Source of the DNA: Thermodesulfovibrionales bacterium
GTDB taxonomy: Bacteria; Nitrospirota; Thermodesulfovibrionia; Thermodesulfovibrionales; UBA6898
Reading direction: 5' to 3'
Assembly: GCA_044450345.1 (NCBI GenBank)
Contig: JBIOIY010000019.1
Location: forward strand, 1-44,190
DNA: 44,190 bases
The notes beneath the pieces were generated by a model, which was not told the DNA's origin, made no database searches, and saw only the letters and a list, made by a program, of their open reading frames with translations. The position numbers were made by a program, and so were the translations under genes. Below, one piece after another: positions 19,314-29,748 of this stretch; the first letter of the stretch is position 1, and every line of letters starts with the position of its first letter.

Positions 19314-20815
19314 AAGCCTTCTTATATGTGATGCTCCCTATCTTGCTTCTCGTTGCCATTGTTGTGTCTGCGGAGAACAGTAAGCCCGATGTGAAAGTAG
19401 GATCGAAAAAATTCACGGAATCCGTCATACTCGGAGAAATCGTAACGGACCTGGCAAGGAACGCCGGAGCTACTGTGGTCCACAGGAGGGAACTTGGCGG
19501 CACGCGTGTGCTCTGGGATGCGTTGTTGAAAGGAGACATCGATATCTACCCTGAGTATACCGGCACAATAAGCAGAGAGATATTGGCCGGTAAGGGGATT
19601 ACCGGCGAAACGGCGCTCCGCGAGGCATTGAAGAAACGCGGGATACTCATGACTCGGTCATTGGGGTTCAGCGACACTTACGCGATCGGGATGAAGAAGG
19701 AGACATGTAAGAAGCTGGGCATCAGCAGTATCTCAGATCTGCGGCGTTATTCCAACCTCAAGTTCGGATTCAGCAACGAATTTATGGACAGGGCCGATGG
19801 CTGGCCTGGCCTTCGCAATCAGTATGGTCTGCCGCAGAAGGGTGTATTCGGCATGGATCACGACCTTGCCTACCGCGGGCTCGAAAGCGGTTCGATTGAT
19901 GCAACAGACCTCTACACCACCGACGCCGAGATCCGGCATTACGGTCTCGGTGTGTTGGAGGACGATCTTCACTTCTTCCCTTCCTATGACGCCGTGCTCC
20001 TCTACCGCTCGGATTTAGTTGAACGTGCGCCAAGCGTCATCGCCGCACTGCACCGTCTCGAGGGGAAGATCACCGAGGCCGAGATGATCAATATAAATGC
20101 GCTCGTTAAACTGGATAAGATCCCGGAAGACAGGGCGGCCGCCGATTTTCTTTCAGAACATCTTTCCGTGAATCCGGAGGTGATCCGAGAAACGGTTGTT
20201 GAAAGGATCTGGCGTCATACCACCGAACATCTTTATCTGGTTTCGATTTCTCTGTTGGCCGCGATCTTTTTTTCGATTCCCCTCGGCATCGTCGCCGCAA
20301 AAAAGGCACGTACAGGACAGATCATCATAGGGACCGTCGGGATCATCCAAACCATTCCTTCGCTGGCCTTGCTTGTATTCATGATACCTCTGATGGGTAT
20401 CGGCGGCCCGCCTGCAATTGTGGCGCTGTTCCTTTATAGTCTTCTGCCGATCGTCAGGAACACATTCACCGGTCTGCGTGGTATCCCCCCTGATGTCCGC
20501 GAATCGGCCGAAGCGCTCGGATTACCGGCCGGCGCACGACTCAGACTGGTCGAAATGCCAATGGCCTCACGATCGATACTTGCCGGCATCAAGACATCGG
20601 CAGTAATCAACGTTGGGACCGCAACGCTCGGCGCGCTGATCGGTGCGGGTGGGTACGGACAGCCGATCCTTACCGGTATCCGGCTTGATAATACCGGGCT
20701 GATACTTCAGGGCGCAGTGCCAGCCGCGGCGCTCGCCCTGATTGTACAGGGTTTATTCGAACTGGCAGAAAGGATATTCGTGCCGAAGGGGCTGCGACTG
20801 AAATCTGAAGCATGA
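19310..20815 (+). CDS. Fused substrate-binding domain + permease, betaine/ergothioneine (OsmF/EgtU-like) type
   Basis: VGSKKFTES, DIYPEYTGT, FFPSY binding-domain motifs, then QTIPSLAL, ESAEALGL, IGAGGYGQPI permease motifs. Confidence 0.9.
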   Translation: MKAFLYVMLPILLLVAIVVSAENSKPDVKVGSKKFTESVILGEIVTDLARNAGATVVHRRELGGTRVLWDALLKGDIDIYPEYTGTISREILAGKGITGETALREALKKRGILMTRSLGFSDTYAIGMKKETCKKLGISSISDLRRYSNLKFGFSNEFMDRADGWPGLRNQYGLPQKGVFGMDHDLAYRGLESGSIDATDLYTTDAEIRHYGLGVLEDDLHFFPSYDAVLLYRSDLVERAPSVIAALHRLEGKITEAEMININALVKLDKIPEDRAAADFLSEHLSVNPEVIRETVVERIWRHTTEHLYLVSISLLAAIFFSIPLGIVAAKKARTGQIIIGTVGIIQTIPSLALLVFMIPLMGIGGPPAIVALFLYSLLPIVRNTFTGLRGIPPDVRESAEALGLPAGARLRLVEMPMASRSILAGIKTSAVINVGTATLGALIGAGGYGQPILTGIRLDNTGLILQGAVPAAALALIVQGLFELAERIFVPKGLRLKSEA

Positions 20816-20882
20816 TAGTTCGTATACCGTAGAAGTAGGGCGCATCTTGTCGCGGGCGGAGGAATGTTCAGCCTGCAGGCTC

Positions 20883-21371
20883 CTAATATTCCTTTATCGG
20901 CTTTATATTAAGCAGACGTCTGATTGTGACTATCTCTGCAATGTGATAGGCGTTGTGATCTGCTACAAGGAGGACCTCCCGAAAGACGGTGTAGTCCTTT
21001 GCATTGGGAATTGGTTTGAAGAAATCGGTCTTTGGATTCTTCACTATGCCCTTAAACGCTTCGAGATCGGCGCCGAATTTCTTGATAGTCCCTTTCCATT
21101 GGGCCACCGTCGCCACTTCGTCAGGCTTGGGCCAGTATCCTGCGGGAAATTCCGGCGAGACATGATCAGGGTTCCTGACAAATTCCAGGATGTCCCATTG
21201 CGCGATACGCATATGTTCAAGCAGGTGCCAGATCGTATAGCTCGCGTTCGGCAGCCTGCGGTTGATCTCCTTCAGGGGAAACCCAGAAACAGCATCGGCA
21301 AAGCCCATGTGGGCATTGCCGCCCTCCAATAGGGCGATTGACTGTTCCCGTATTATCTTCTCTGCATTCAT
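20883..21371 (-). CDS. DinB family protein
   Basis: AHM.F, TIWHLLEHMR..QWDIL, LVADHNAYH metal-binding His pattern. Confidence 0.85.
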   Translation of the reverse strand: MNAEKIIREQSIALLEGGNAHMGFADAVSGFPLKEINRRLPNASYTIWHLLEHMRIAQWDILEFVRNPDHVSPEFPAGYWPKPDEVATVAQWKGTIKKFGADLEAFKGIVKNPKTDFFKPIPNAKDYTVFREVLLVADHNAYHIAEIVTIRRLLNIKPIKEY

Positions 21372-21397
21372 AGGTAAATGGTCACTCTTTTAAAATA

Positions 21398-21486
21398 AAC
21401 GTAGCAGAGGTCCGTACTTTTGTCAATCGCATAGAGGTTGACGATATCGAGGGATCAGTTGACAACGCATTATTATCTGTTATGGT
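21398..21486. promoter_or_regulatory. Divergent sigma70 promoters (dinB / TrxR-like gene)
   Basis: Minus strand TTGACA-17-TACGTT with TGn; plus strand TTGACA-16-TATGGT. Confidence 0.5.
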
Positions 21487-21686
21487 TTGATTGATTCTCG
21501 CTGGTACTCGTGACCCAGAGCAGCTGCACAAACGGGCTTCGAGGGGCAACAGCAATAGAGTTGCAAGAACAAGGGCATGGAGAGCCTTATGAGAAGAGAA
21601 GAACTTTGCTCAATCCGGAAATTCGGCGGAGGCACGAACATGGTACACACGCATGTCACTGACCGCCACTCAAGAGACACATCGCC

Positions 21687-23363
21687 ATGACGGATGCATA
21701 TCCTCCCCTCAAATCGCCCCTCTCTTCGACCGCCTCAGTGTTTCCAACGCTGAAGCCGGCACAGATCGAGCGCCTGGCTGCGCAGGGACGTGTCCGTAAG
21801 GTTCAGCCCGGAGAGGTACTCGTCGAGGCTGGAGAGAAGGGCGCGCCATTGTTTGTCATCATGACAGCTCAGGTGGAGGTCGTCCAGCCTTCGGGGAGTG
21901 TCGAGAAACCGGTGGCCTTGTTTCTGCCGGGGCAGTTCACTGGGGAAATCAGCATCCTGTCTGGACGCCCCATTCTGGTTCGGGTGCGGGCGAAAGAAGC
22001 AGGCGAGGTGATCGAGATCGATCGGGAACACCTGCTTCAATTGGTGCAAGCGGACAGCGAGCTAAGCGACATCTTCATGCGCGCCTTTATCCTCCGCCGG
22101 GTAGAATTGATTCTTCAGGAGATCGGAGATGTCGTGGTTCTCGGCTCAGACCATTCGCCCGGCACACTTCGCATAAGACAATTTCTTGGACGTAACGGGC
22201 ATCCCCACTCGTACATCGATCTCGACCGTGACGCCGGTGTCCAGAACCTGCTGGATCATTTTCATGTCGCCGTGAACGATGTTCCGGTGGTGATCTGCCG
22301 CGGCGATATGGTGCTTCGGAACCCCACCAACGACCAGATCGCCGAGGGCCTCGGCTTCAACGAGGCTATCGACCAAACGGCCGTGCGTGACGTTGTGATC
22401 GTTGGCGCTGGACCTGCAGGACTCGCGGCTGCCGTGTATGCCGCTTCGGAAGGGCTGGACGTCCTGGTGCTGGAAGAGAACGCGCCCGGGGGGCAGGCAG
22501 GTTCGAGTTCGAAGATCGAGAACTACCTCGGCTTTCCTACGGGCATTTCAGGACAGGAGCTCGCAACACGCGCGTACACACAGGCGCAGAAATTTGGCGC
22601 CCAAGTGATGATTGCGAAAGGCGCCAAGATGCTCAAGTGCGATCGCAAACCTTACGCTATAGAGATTGACCATGGTTCGCCTGCGCAGGCGCGCTCGGTT
22701 ATCATTGCGACCGGCGCACAGTATAGAAAGCTGCCTGTCGAGAACCTGTCGCTGTTCGAGGGCTCAGGCGTTTATTACGCGGCGACATACGTCGAGTCAC
22801 AGTTGTGCGGTGGTGAAGAAGTGATCGTCGTGGGCGGGGGAAACTCCGCGGGGCAGGCCGCTGTGTTTCTTGCGCAAACCGTAAAACGTGTTCACTTGCT
22901 TGTCCGCTCCGACGGGCTGGCAAGCAGCATGTCACGCTATCTGAGCCGCCGCATTGAGGAGACTCCTGCCATCGTCTTACGATTGCAGACAGAAATCACA
23001 GCGCTCACGGGAGGCGACCACCTTGAGCGCGTGCGATGGCGGGATAGCAAAACGAATACGGTCGAGACTCACGATGTTCGCCATGTTTTCGTTATGACCG
23101 GCGCGACGCCGAACACGCGGTGGCTCGGTGGGTGTGTCGCACTCGACGATAAAGGGTTCATCAAGACGGGTCCCGACCTGTCAAAAGAAGACTTGACGGC
23201 GGCGCGTTGGCCACTGCTCCGGAGTCCACATCTGCTCGAAACGAGCTTACCCGGAGTGTTCGCCGTCGGCGATGTCCGCAGCGGCAACGTCAAACGCGTG
23301 GCAGCGGCGGTTGGCGAGGGATCAATTGCGATCGCCTTCGTTCATCAGGCTCTGCACGAATAG
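21687..23363 (+). CDS. cNMP-binding domain + thioredoxin-reductase-like FAD oxidoreductase (no CxxC)
   Basis: GQFTGE cNMP domain; GAGPAGLAAA, IENYLGFPTG, GGGNSAGQAA, TSLPGVFAVGD; YAATYVE at the CxxC position. Confidence 0.88.
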   Translation: MTDAYPPLKSPLSSTASVFPTLKPAQIERLAAQGRVRKVQPGEVLVEAGEKGAPLFVIMTAQVEVVQPSGSVEKPVALFLPGQFTGEISILSGRPILVRVRAKEAGEVIEIDREHLLQLVQADSELSDIFMRAFILRRVELILQEIGDVVVLGSDHSPGTLRIRQFLGRNGHPHSYIDLDRDAGVQNLLDHFHVAVNDVPVVICRGDMVLRNPTNDQIAEGLGFNEAIDQTAVRDVVIVGAGPAGLAAAVYAASEGLDVLVLEENAPGGQAGSSSKIENYLGFPTGISGQELATRAYTQAQKFGAQVMIAKGAKMLKCDRKPYAIEIDHGSPAQARSVIIATGAQYRKLPVENLSLFEGSGVYYAATYVESQLCGGEEVIVVGGGNSAGQAAVFLAQTVKRVHLLVRSDGLASSMSRYLSRRIEETPAIVLRLQTEITALTGGDHLERVRWRDSKTNTVETHDVRHVFVMTGATPNTRWLGGCVALDDKGFIKTGPDLSKEDLTAARWPLLRSPHLLETSLPGVFAVGDVRSGNVKRVAAAVGEGSIAIAFVHQALHE

Positions 23364-23383
23364 AGAAGAAGAGGAAGGAAAAA

Positions 23384-23542
23384 ATGTCAGCTATTAGAGG
23401 AGTCCCAAACATGACCTGCACGCGCGTGACTGCACCGACACAATTCATAGAGGCAAACAGAATCCGCTTCGCTTACCGGCGTTCCGCAAACAAGATGGAG
23501 TGCCGCTTCTTTTACGGGTCTGCCGGAAACAGTACGCGCTAA
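23384..23542 (+). pseudogene. N-terminal remnant of an alpha/beta hydrolase
   Basis: TAPTQFIEANRIRFAYRR resembles the hydrolase N-terminus TAPTQF.EA.GIRFAYRRFG, then degenerates. Confidence 0.6.
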
Positions 23543-23703
23543 GGAGAAGGGAAACATGACAATTCTTCGAGAGTCTGCGGCTTGACGATATTAGTGATGT
23601 AGGACCTGAACATGACCTCATTCCACAGCTGGACTTTAATCAGTAAGTCATAATTTTTTGGACGGCACACCCGCAAATCAATCACGGTCATCCTTTTTTG
23701 AAT

Positions 23704-26700
23704 CTATGGCTTTGTCAGCGGCGAACCTTTGCCTTTTCTTAAGCGCTCGCTCAAGCGCTCCATAAGCACGTAGAATACAGGCACAAACGGTATGGCCAGA
23801 AGCGTTGAAGAGAGCATGCCGCCGAACACGACTGTCCCGATGGCTCGCTGACTGGCGGAACCAGCCCCGAAGGCCACAACGAGCGGCACAACACCCAATA
23901 TGAAAGCAAATGAGGTCATGACGATGGGACGGAAACGGCGGCGGGTCGCCTCTATCGCTGCTTCGGTTATGGATTTTCCTTCCTTACGCAAGTCCCGGGC
24001 GAACTCGACGATTAAAATGGCGTTTTTGCTTGAAAGGGCGATCATCAGCACCAGGCCCACCTGCGTGTAAAGGTTGTTATCGTAGCCTCGCACGATAAGG
24101 GCAAGCAGGACTCCGGTAAGCGCGATGGGAACAACCAGGACGACTGCCGCAGGCGATGTCCAGCTCTCGTATAAGGCCGCCAGAACCAAATACACAAAAA
24201 TGATGGAGAGGGCATAAATGAAGTAAGCCTGGTTGCCGACCTTTTTTTCCTGGAAGCTCGAGGACGTCCAGTCGTACGCCATCCCCTCCGGTAGTTTCTG
24301 CGCGGCTGTCCGTTCCATGAAAGCCAGGCCCTGGCCGGAGCTGAATCCGGGGGCCGCTGAGCCGAAAATTGCCGCTGCCGGATAGAGATTGTAGCGCGTT
24401 ATCAATTCGGAACCCTGAACCGATTTTACATCGAGCAGTGCCCCCATAGGCACCATTTCGCCATTGGAATTTCCGACATACAAATTCTTTATGTGCTCAG
24501 GTGAGAGGCGGTAGCGGTCGTCAGCCTGGACGTATACCTGAAATACCTGGTTGTATTTGTTGAACAGGTTTACGAATGAGGAGCCCAGATAAGACTGAAG
24601 GGTGTTGAACACATTCGCCACAGGCACCTGAAAAGCCTCTGCTTTCGTCCTATCTATGTTCAGATAGAGCTGCGGGTTGCCAACGTTTAATGTGCTTTGC
24701 AGACCCTTCAGGCCCGGTTGAGAATTCCCCGAACGGACGAGTTCGTCCGTTGCGACCCTTAGCTGGTCCATGCCTAAGCCGCCCCGGTCTTCCACCATCA
24801 TCTGGAAACCGCCCGTCTGCCCCAGTCCCCGGATCGGCGGAGGGATTGCCACAAAGGCCAGTGCTTCCTCGATGCCCGAGAGCTCACGGTTTATGTTGGA
24901 GATAATAACGTCCTGACTCAAAGCGGTGCCGCGTACGCTCCAGTCCTTGTACGCGAAGAACGTCGACGAAACGTTGGAGACGTTGGCGAAGTCCAGGACC
25001 GAGAAGCTGCCTATGGTTACCCAGGCGGCGACTCCCGGGGTCTTTCTTAGAATGGAATTGACTTTGTCAGCCACCCGCTGCAGTCGCGGCTGTGAGGCGC
25101 CGGGAGGCAGTATCGTCACCAAAATGGCATAGCCCTGGTCCTCGGTCGGGAGAAACCCGGTCGGCCTGCTTAAAAAAAACAAAAATGAAACGGTGACGAT
25201 ACCCGCAAAAACGATTGCAAAGAGACCGGGGAGTTTCACCATCCGGGTGACGACCCCTATATAGAAATTAGACAAACTCTGAAAGGCCCTGTTGAATCCT
25301 CGGAAAAACCAGTTTGGCGGTTTTTCTCCGCACGGCCTCAGCCATAAAGCGCACTGCGCAGGTTTTAGGGTAAGCGCGTTTAGGGCGCTGATAATGGTCG
25401 TGGCGGCTATCACAAGCGCGAACTGGCGAAAGATCTGACCGGTGAGGCCCGGAAGGAATGAAGCAGGCAGGAAGACCGAAACAAGGGCGAGAGTAATCCC
25501 CATAATGGGCCCCGTCAGTTCCTGCATTGCCTTGATCGTGGCCTCTCTTGGCGGCATACCCTGTTCTATGTAGTAAGAGCTGTTTTCCACGATGATAATT
25601 GCGTCGTCCACTACAATGCCTATGACCAGGACCAGCGCAAACAGAGTCATCAGGTTTATGGTGAAACCGAGCGCGGCTATGGCTATAAAGGCGCCGAGGA
25701 TGGTGACCGGAACGGTAGTGGCCGGAACCAGCATGCCCCTGAAACTTTGAAGAAACACAACGATCACGATGAGCACAAGAATGCCCGCTATGATCAGGGT
25801 TTCATATACCTTGGATATGGCCTCTCTGACAAAAATGGTGGTGTCGTATGGAATGGCATATTTCAGACCTGCGGGAAAAGTCTTGCTCATGTCGGCAATG
25901 GCCTTATAAACGCCGTCTGCCACGGCGATGGCATTGGCATCCGGCAGGGCGAACACTACGAGCAGCGCGGTTTTATGGCCTGTAGCCCAGGCAAAATTAT
26001 TGAAGTTCTGCCGGCTCAACTCCACTTTCGCGATATCGCGCAGGCGTACGATCTGCGAAGAAGGACCGACAGCAGTCTTGATAATGATGCTCTCAAAATC
26101 GCTTTCACTCGAAAGTCTGCCAAGGGCGGTTATCGTGAGCTGGAAAGGTTGATTCTCCGGCACCGGCGGGACGCCCAACTGACCGGCGGCAACTTCGGCG
26201 TTCTGGCCCTGTATGGCTGCTACTACGTCTGATGTCTTAAGACCGAAGGTCTGGAGTCTCCCGGGGTCCAGCCATACCCTCATACTGTAAGGACCGGCGC
26301 CAAAGACCCTCATCTGGCCGACGCCGGGCAGCCGCGCAAGAGGGTTTTGCAGATTTATTATGGCGTAGTTGGACAGAAATGTCTCGTCGAAACGGTCATC
26401 GTCGGAGTAAAGGTTTACCACCAGAAGGATATTTGGTGAGACTTTCTTGACCGTGACCCCCTGCGCCTGAGCGCCTCCGGGGAGCTGGGACAAAGAGCCG
26501 TTTACGAGGTTTTGCACCAGCGAAGTCGAAGTATTCAGGTCTGTCCCGATATCGAAGGTAATCGTAAGGGCATAAGAGCCGTCGCTGCCGCTGGTGGAAG
26601 ACATATAGATGGCCCCTTCCACACCGTTCACGGCTTGTTCAATCGGCGTCGCGATAGTGGCCGCCACAACTTCCGCGCTTGCTCCCGGATAACGGGTTGT

Positions 26701-26838
26701 AACTTGGATGGTCGGAGGGACGATCTGCGGATACTGGGCCACCGGCAGGCGGTTGAGGAAGATGATCCCGATGAGTACAGTCACTATCGCTATAACGTTG
26801 GCGAAAATGGGACGATCTATAAAAAATTTGGAGATCAC
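23704..26838 (-). CDS. RND efflux permease (HAE1, AcrB-like)
   Basis: MISKFFIDRPIFA, LPVAQYP, IVVDDAIIIVEN, KNAILIVEFA, RFRPIVMTS; 1044 aa. Confidence 0.96.
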   Translation of the reverse strand: MISKFFIDRPIFANVIAIVTVLIGIIFLNRLPVAQYPQIVPPTIQVTTRYPGASAEVVAATIATPIEQAVNGVEGAIYMSSTSGSDGSYALTITFDIGTDLNTSTSLVQNLVNGSLSQLPGGAQAQGVTVKKVSPNILLVVNLYSDDDRFDETFLSNYAIINLQNPLARLPGVGQMRVFGAGPYSMRVWLDPGRLQTFGLKTSDVVAAIQGQNAEVAAGQLGVPPVPENQPFQLTITALGRLSSESDFESIIIKTAVGPSSQIVRLRDIAKVELSRQNFNNFAWATGHKTALLVVFALPDANAIAVADGVYKAIADMSKTFPAGLKYAIPYDTTIFVREAISKVYETLIIAGILVLIVIVVFLQSFRGMLVPATTVPVTILGAFIAIAALGFTINLMTLFALVLVIGIVVDDAIIIVENSSYYIEQGMPPREATIKAMQELTGPIMGITLALVSVFLPASFLPGLTGQIFRQFALVIAATTIISALNALTLKPAQCALWLRPCGEKPPNWFFRGFNRAFQSLSNFYIGVVTRMVKLPGLFAIVFAGIVTVSFLFFLSRPTGFLPTEDQGYAILVTILPPGASQPRLQRVADKVNSILRKTPGVAAWVTIGSFSVLDFANVSNVSSTFFAYKDWSVRGTALSQDVIISNINRELSGIEEALAFVAIPPPIRGLGQTGGFQMMVEDRGGLGMDQLRVATDELVRSGNSQPGLKGLQSTLNVGNPQLYLNIDRTKAEAFQVPVANVFNTLQSYLGSSFVNLFNKYNQVFQVYVQADDRYRLSPEHIKNLYVGNSNGEMVPMGALLDVKSVQGSELITRYNLYPAAAIFGSAAPGFSSGQGLAFMERTAAQKLPEGMAYDWTSSSFQEKKVGNQAYFIYALSIIFVYLVLAALYESWTSPAAVVLVVPIALTGVLLALIVRGYDNNLYTQVGLVLMIALSSKNAILIVEFARDLRKEGKSITEAAIEATRRRFRPIVMTSFAFILGVVPLVVAFGAGSASQRAIGTVVFGGMLSSTLLAIPFVPVFYVLMERLSERLRKGKGSPLTKP

Positions 26839-28040
26839 TGGTTCCCCTTCATGGGCGCATTTTCCCGCTCGGGGGTGACCCTGCTCCCCGGGCGAGCTTT
26901 CAATAAAGCGCTGACAACAATCCTCTCGTTTCCCGCAAGCCCCTCCTCAATGACGCGCAGGTTTCCCTCAAGGGTACCGGTTTTGACGCTGCGGCGCTCG
27001 ACGATATCTTGCGGGCTGACAACGAGCACGTAAGTGCCCTGTTGGTCGTTGCCCACTGCCGTGGCCGGTACGAGCATTGCCACCCTGCTCTCTAAAGGTA
27101 CGCGCACACGCGCATATAAACCCGGCATGATTTTGCCGGCATCGTTTGGGAAGATCCCCCTCATCAGAAGGGTCCCGGTTGTGGAAGAGACGCTGATCGA
27201 TGCAAAGTCGAGGCGGCCGCTGTAAGGATATCCGTCTTCACCGGTTATGCCGGCGAAGACCGGCCATTTGCCGGCATCGTTTTTTCCAGGCATCCAGTGC
27301 GTACTTTTCATAAGACGGGCAAGGTCCGTATCGCTGACTGTGAAATACACGTAGATCGGATCTATCTGGCTCATTTGGGCGAGGTTGGTGTTTGCCGCCG
27401 AGGAACCTACAAGGTTGCCGGGGTCCTGGAGCCTTCGATCGATCCTGCCGTCAATAGGGGCAGTGACCCGCGTGTAGCCCAGATTAAGCCTGGCCAGTTC
27501 CTCGTTCGCCACCGCTGTCTTTAGGTTGGCCTCGGCCGAATCCCGTTGATATCGCCAGTTGTCTACATCGGATTGCGAAGCAGCCTTGTCAGGCAAAAGA
27601 TTCGAGTAGCGGGTGAATTGACTTTGTGCATATTTGAGCTGGGCTTTTTGCGTTAAAACCTGCCCCTCGGCCTGCTTCAGACTGTCTATGTAAGTGTCCT
27701 CCTGAATCTGAAAAAGCAGCTGTCCTTTTTTCACCATCTGCCCATCGTGGAAGAACACTTTGTCCAGATATCCCGCGACTCTGGCCACAAGCTGTATTGT
27801 ATTGACAGCCTGCGTATTGCCTGTCGGTTCGAGATAGTAGGTGACCTTACGCTCTAGCGGCTGAATGACGGATACCTTTGGGGGAGGAGGCGGGGCCTGA
27901 GGTTTTTTCCCTTTGCAGCCGGCAAGGAGAAAACAGATGCAGAAACACAGAAACACAGAGAAAGAAAGTGAACGGTGAATAATAAAAAGTGAATCGTTAA
28001 GGCTGAAAAAGGTCCATTTTTTTTGTTTTGTATTATTCAC
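26835..28040 (-). CDS. RND periplasmic adaptor (MFP)
   Basis: LAGC lipobox, ARVAGYL, LGYTRVTAPIDGRI, PGLYARV. Confidence 0.93.
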   Translation of the reverse strand: MNNTKQKKWTFFSLNDSLFIIHRSLSFSVFLCFCICFLLAGCKGKKPQAPPPPPKVSVIQPLERKVTYYLEPTGNTQAVNTIQLVARVAGYLDKVFFHDGQMVKKGQLLFQIQEDTYIDSLKQAEGQVLTQKAQLKYAQSQFTRYSNLLPDKAASQSDVDNWRYQRDSAEANLKTAVANEELARLNLGYTRVTAPIDGRIDRRLQDPGNLVGSSAANTNLAQMSQIDPIYVYFTVSDTDLARLMKSTHWMPGKNDAGKWPVFAGITGEDGYPYSGRLDFASISVSSTTGTLLMRGIFPNDAGKIMPGLYARVRVPLESRVAMLVPATAVGNDQQGTYVLVVSPQDIVERRSVKTGTLEGNLRVIEEGLAGNERIVVSALLKARPGSRVTPERENAPMKGNQ

Positions 28041-28043
28041 TTT

Positions 28044-29615
28044 TCACCTTTCACTTTTCACGTTTTTTGGCTCAGGCGGATTATAAGACGCGGGAGCAAG
28101 CAAGTTGCCCCAGTCGGTACGTTTTTCCATTTCCTCTTTTACAGTAAGCGGCACCAACTCCTTCCCCTCCCTTGTCTCCCAGCCCCCGCCGAGCGCCCTG
28201 TAAACTCCCACGAGACCATGTGAAATGTCTCCCAGGGTTACAGCGAGGCTGTCTTGTTCACTAAGGAGGCTCTGCTGGGCGATCAGCACCGCTGTGAAAT
28301 CCTTGATGCCTTCCCGATATTGCTTCACCGCAAGGTCGAGAGAACTTTTAGCTGACTGCGCACTTTGGGCCAGAAAAAAGGCCCGTTCCTGGGCCCTAAG
28401 GAAAGCAGCCAGATTGTCCTCAACCTCCTGTTGTGCCTTCAACACAGTGTTCTGATAGGTAATGAGCAGTTCCTGTAATTTCGCATCCTGAAAACGAACG
28501 TTGTTTGTGATCTGGCCATAATTGAAGATATTCCACTGGAAAGACGGGCCGATCTGGTAGGTGCGGCTTTTCCACCGAAAGATATCGCTAAGCTCCGATC
28601 CTGCGGCATTGCTTGACTGAAAGCCAAATGTTCCGTTCAACGACAAGGCGGGATAAAGGGCGGCTTTGGCCACGCCGATCTGGGCAGATTGGGCGGCTGC
28701 CTGGTATTCCGCGCTACGGATATCCGGACGACGGCGAAGCAGATCTGCGGGTATACCCGCAGCTATATCGGATGGCGAAACAGGAATTTCTGACTCACCT
28801 TTAAGAATATCCTCCAAATTGTTCGGCGCCATGCCCAGCAATACGCAAAGCGCGTCTTTTTGCTGCTTCAGCTGGGCGTCAAGGGAAGGAATGGAAGCCA
28901 TGGTATTGTTGAGTTCTGTCTTGGCCTGCTCCACGTCAAGTTGTGAGGCGATGCCGTTACGGAACCTTGCTTCAGCGATCTTGAGACTCTCTTTTTGGGT
29001 TTCAACATTTTGACGGGCAATGCCTATGCGTTTTTCGAGAGTTCGAATATTAATATATGAATTGGCAACGTCCGCAGTAAGACTCACAAGCGCGTTATCG
29101 TAATCAGCTGCAGTTGCAAGCCAGGCGGCATTGGCCGACTCAATCGCCCTCCTGAACTTCCCCCAGAAGTCGAGTTCCCAACTGGCACTCACCCCAATCT
29201 GGGCCTCATTATATTCAACCGGCCCTAAGGCGAGAGCCGACGATCTGCTCGTCCTGTGATGATCAAGAGAACCGCCGGCCTGCTGGGTCTGGGGGAAAAA
29301 TCTGCCTGCGGCAATCCCCAGTTGGGCCCTCGCTTCGAGTAATCTCACGCCGGCAATCCTGAGGGAGAGGTTTTCGTCGTAAGCCCGGTCAATTATTCTG
29401 TTTAAGACCGGGTCATTGAATGTCTGCCACCAATTGCGATAGCCCGCTGTCTCGCTCTTGACCCTCTCATCTCCAGACTCGGTCCAGGCCGACGAAACCG
29501 CAACGGCGGGACGTCGAAAATCGGGACCGACCATGCAGCCGGATACTAGTACGCTTAAGACCGCCGCAATACCATAAAGGACAGAAAACGGTTTGTCCAT
29601 AGAGCGAAGGAGCAT
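28044..29615 (-). CDS. NodT/OprM family outer-membrane efflux lipoprotein
   Basis: SGCMVGPDF, WELDFWGKFRR, LLRRRPDIR, YRALGGGW. Confidence 0.95.
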   Translation of the reverse strand: MLLRSMDKPFSVLYGIAAVLSVLVSGCMVGPDFRRPAVAVSSAWTESGDERVKSETAGYRNWWQTFNDPVLNRIIDRAYDENLSLRIAGVRLLEARAQLGIAAGRFFPQTQQAGGSLDHHRTSRSSALALGPVEYNEAQIGVSASWELDFWGKFRRAIESANAAWLATAADYDNALVSLTADVANSYINIRTLEKRIGIARQNVETQKESLKIAEARFRNGIASQLDVEQAKTELNNTMASIPSLDAQLKQQKDALCVLLGMAPNNLEDILKGESEIPVSPSDIAAGIPADLLRRRPDIRSAEYQAAAQSAQIGVAKAALYPALSLNGTFGFQSSNAAGSELSDIFRWKSRTYQIGPSFQWNIFNYGQITNNVRFQDAKLQELLITYQNTVLKAQQEVEDNLAAFLRAQERAFFLAQSAQSAKSSLDLAVKQYREGIKDFTAVLIAQQSLLSEQDSLAVTLGDISHGLVGVYRALGGGWETREGKELVPLTVKEEMEKRTDWGNLLAPASYNPPEPKNVKSER

Positions 29616-29748
29616 AGACCTCAGCCTCCCCAGTTGCGCCTAAAATTCAGAAATTCATTAGGTCAAAGGAACCTATCAAAATGATATCATGCCCCCAAAA
29701 AGAGTCAAGGGCGCATTACCTCTGTGTGCATTTCTGGCAGTAGCAAGG

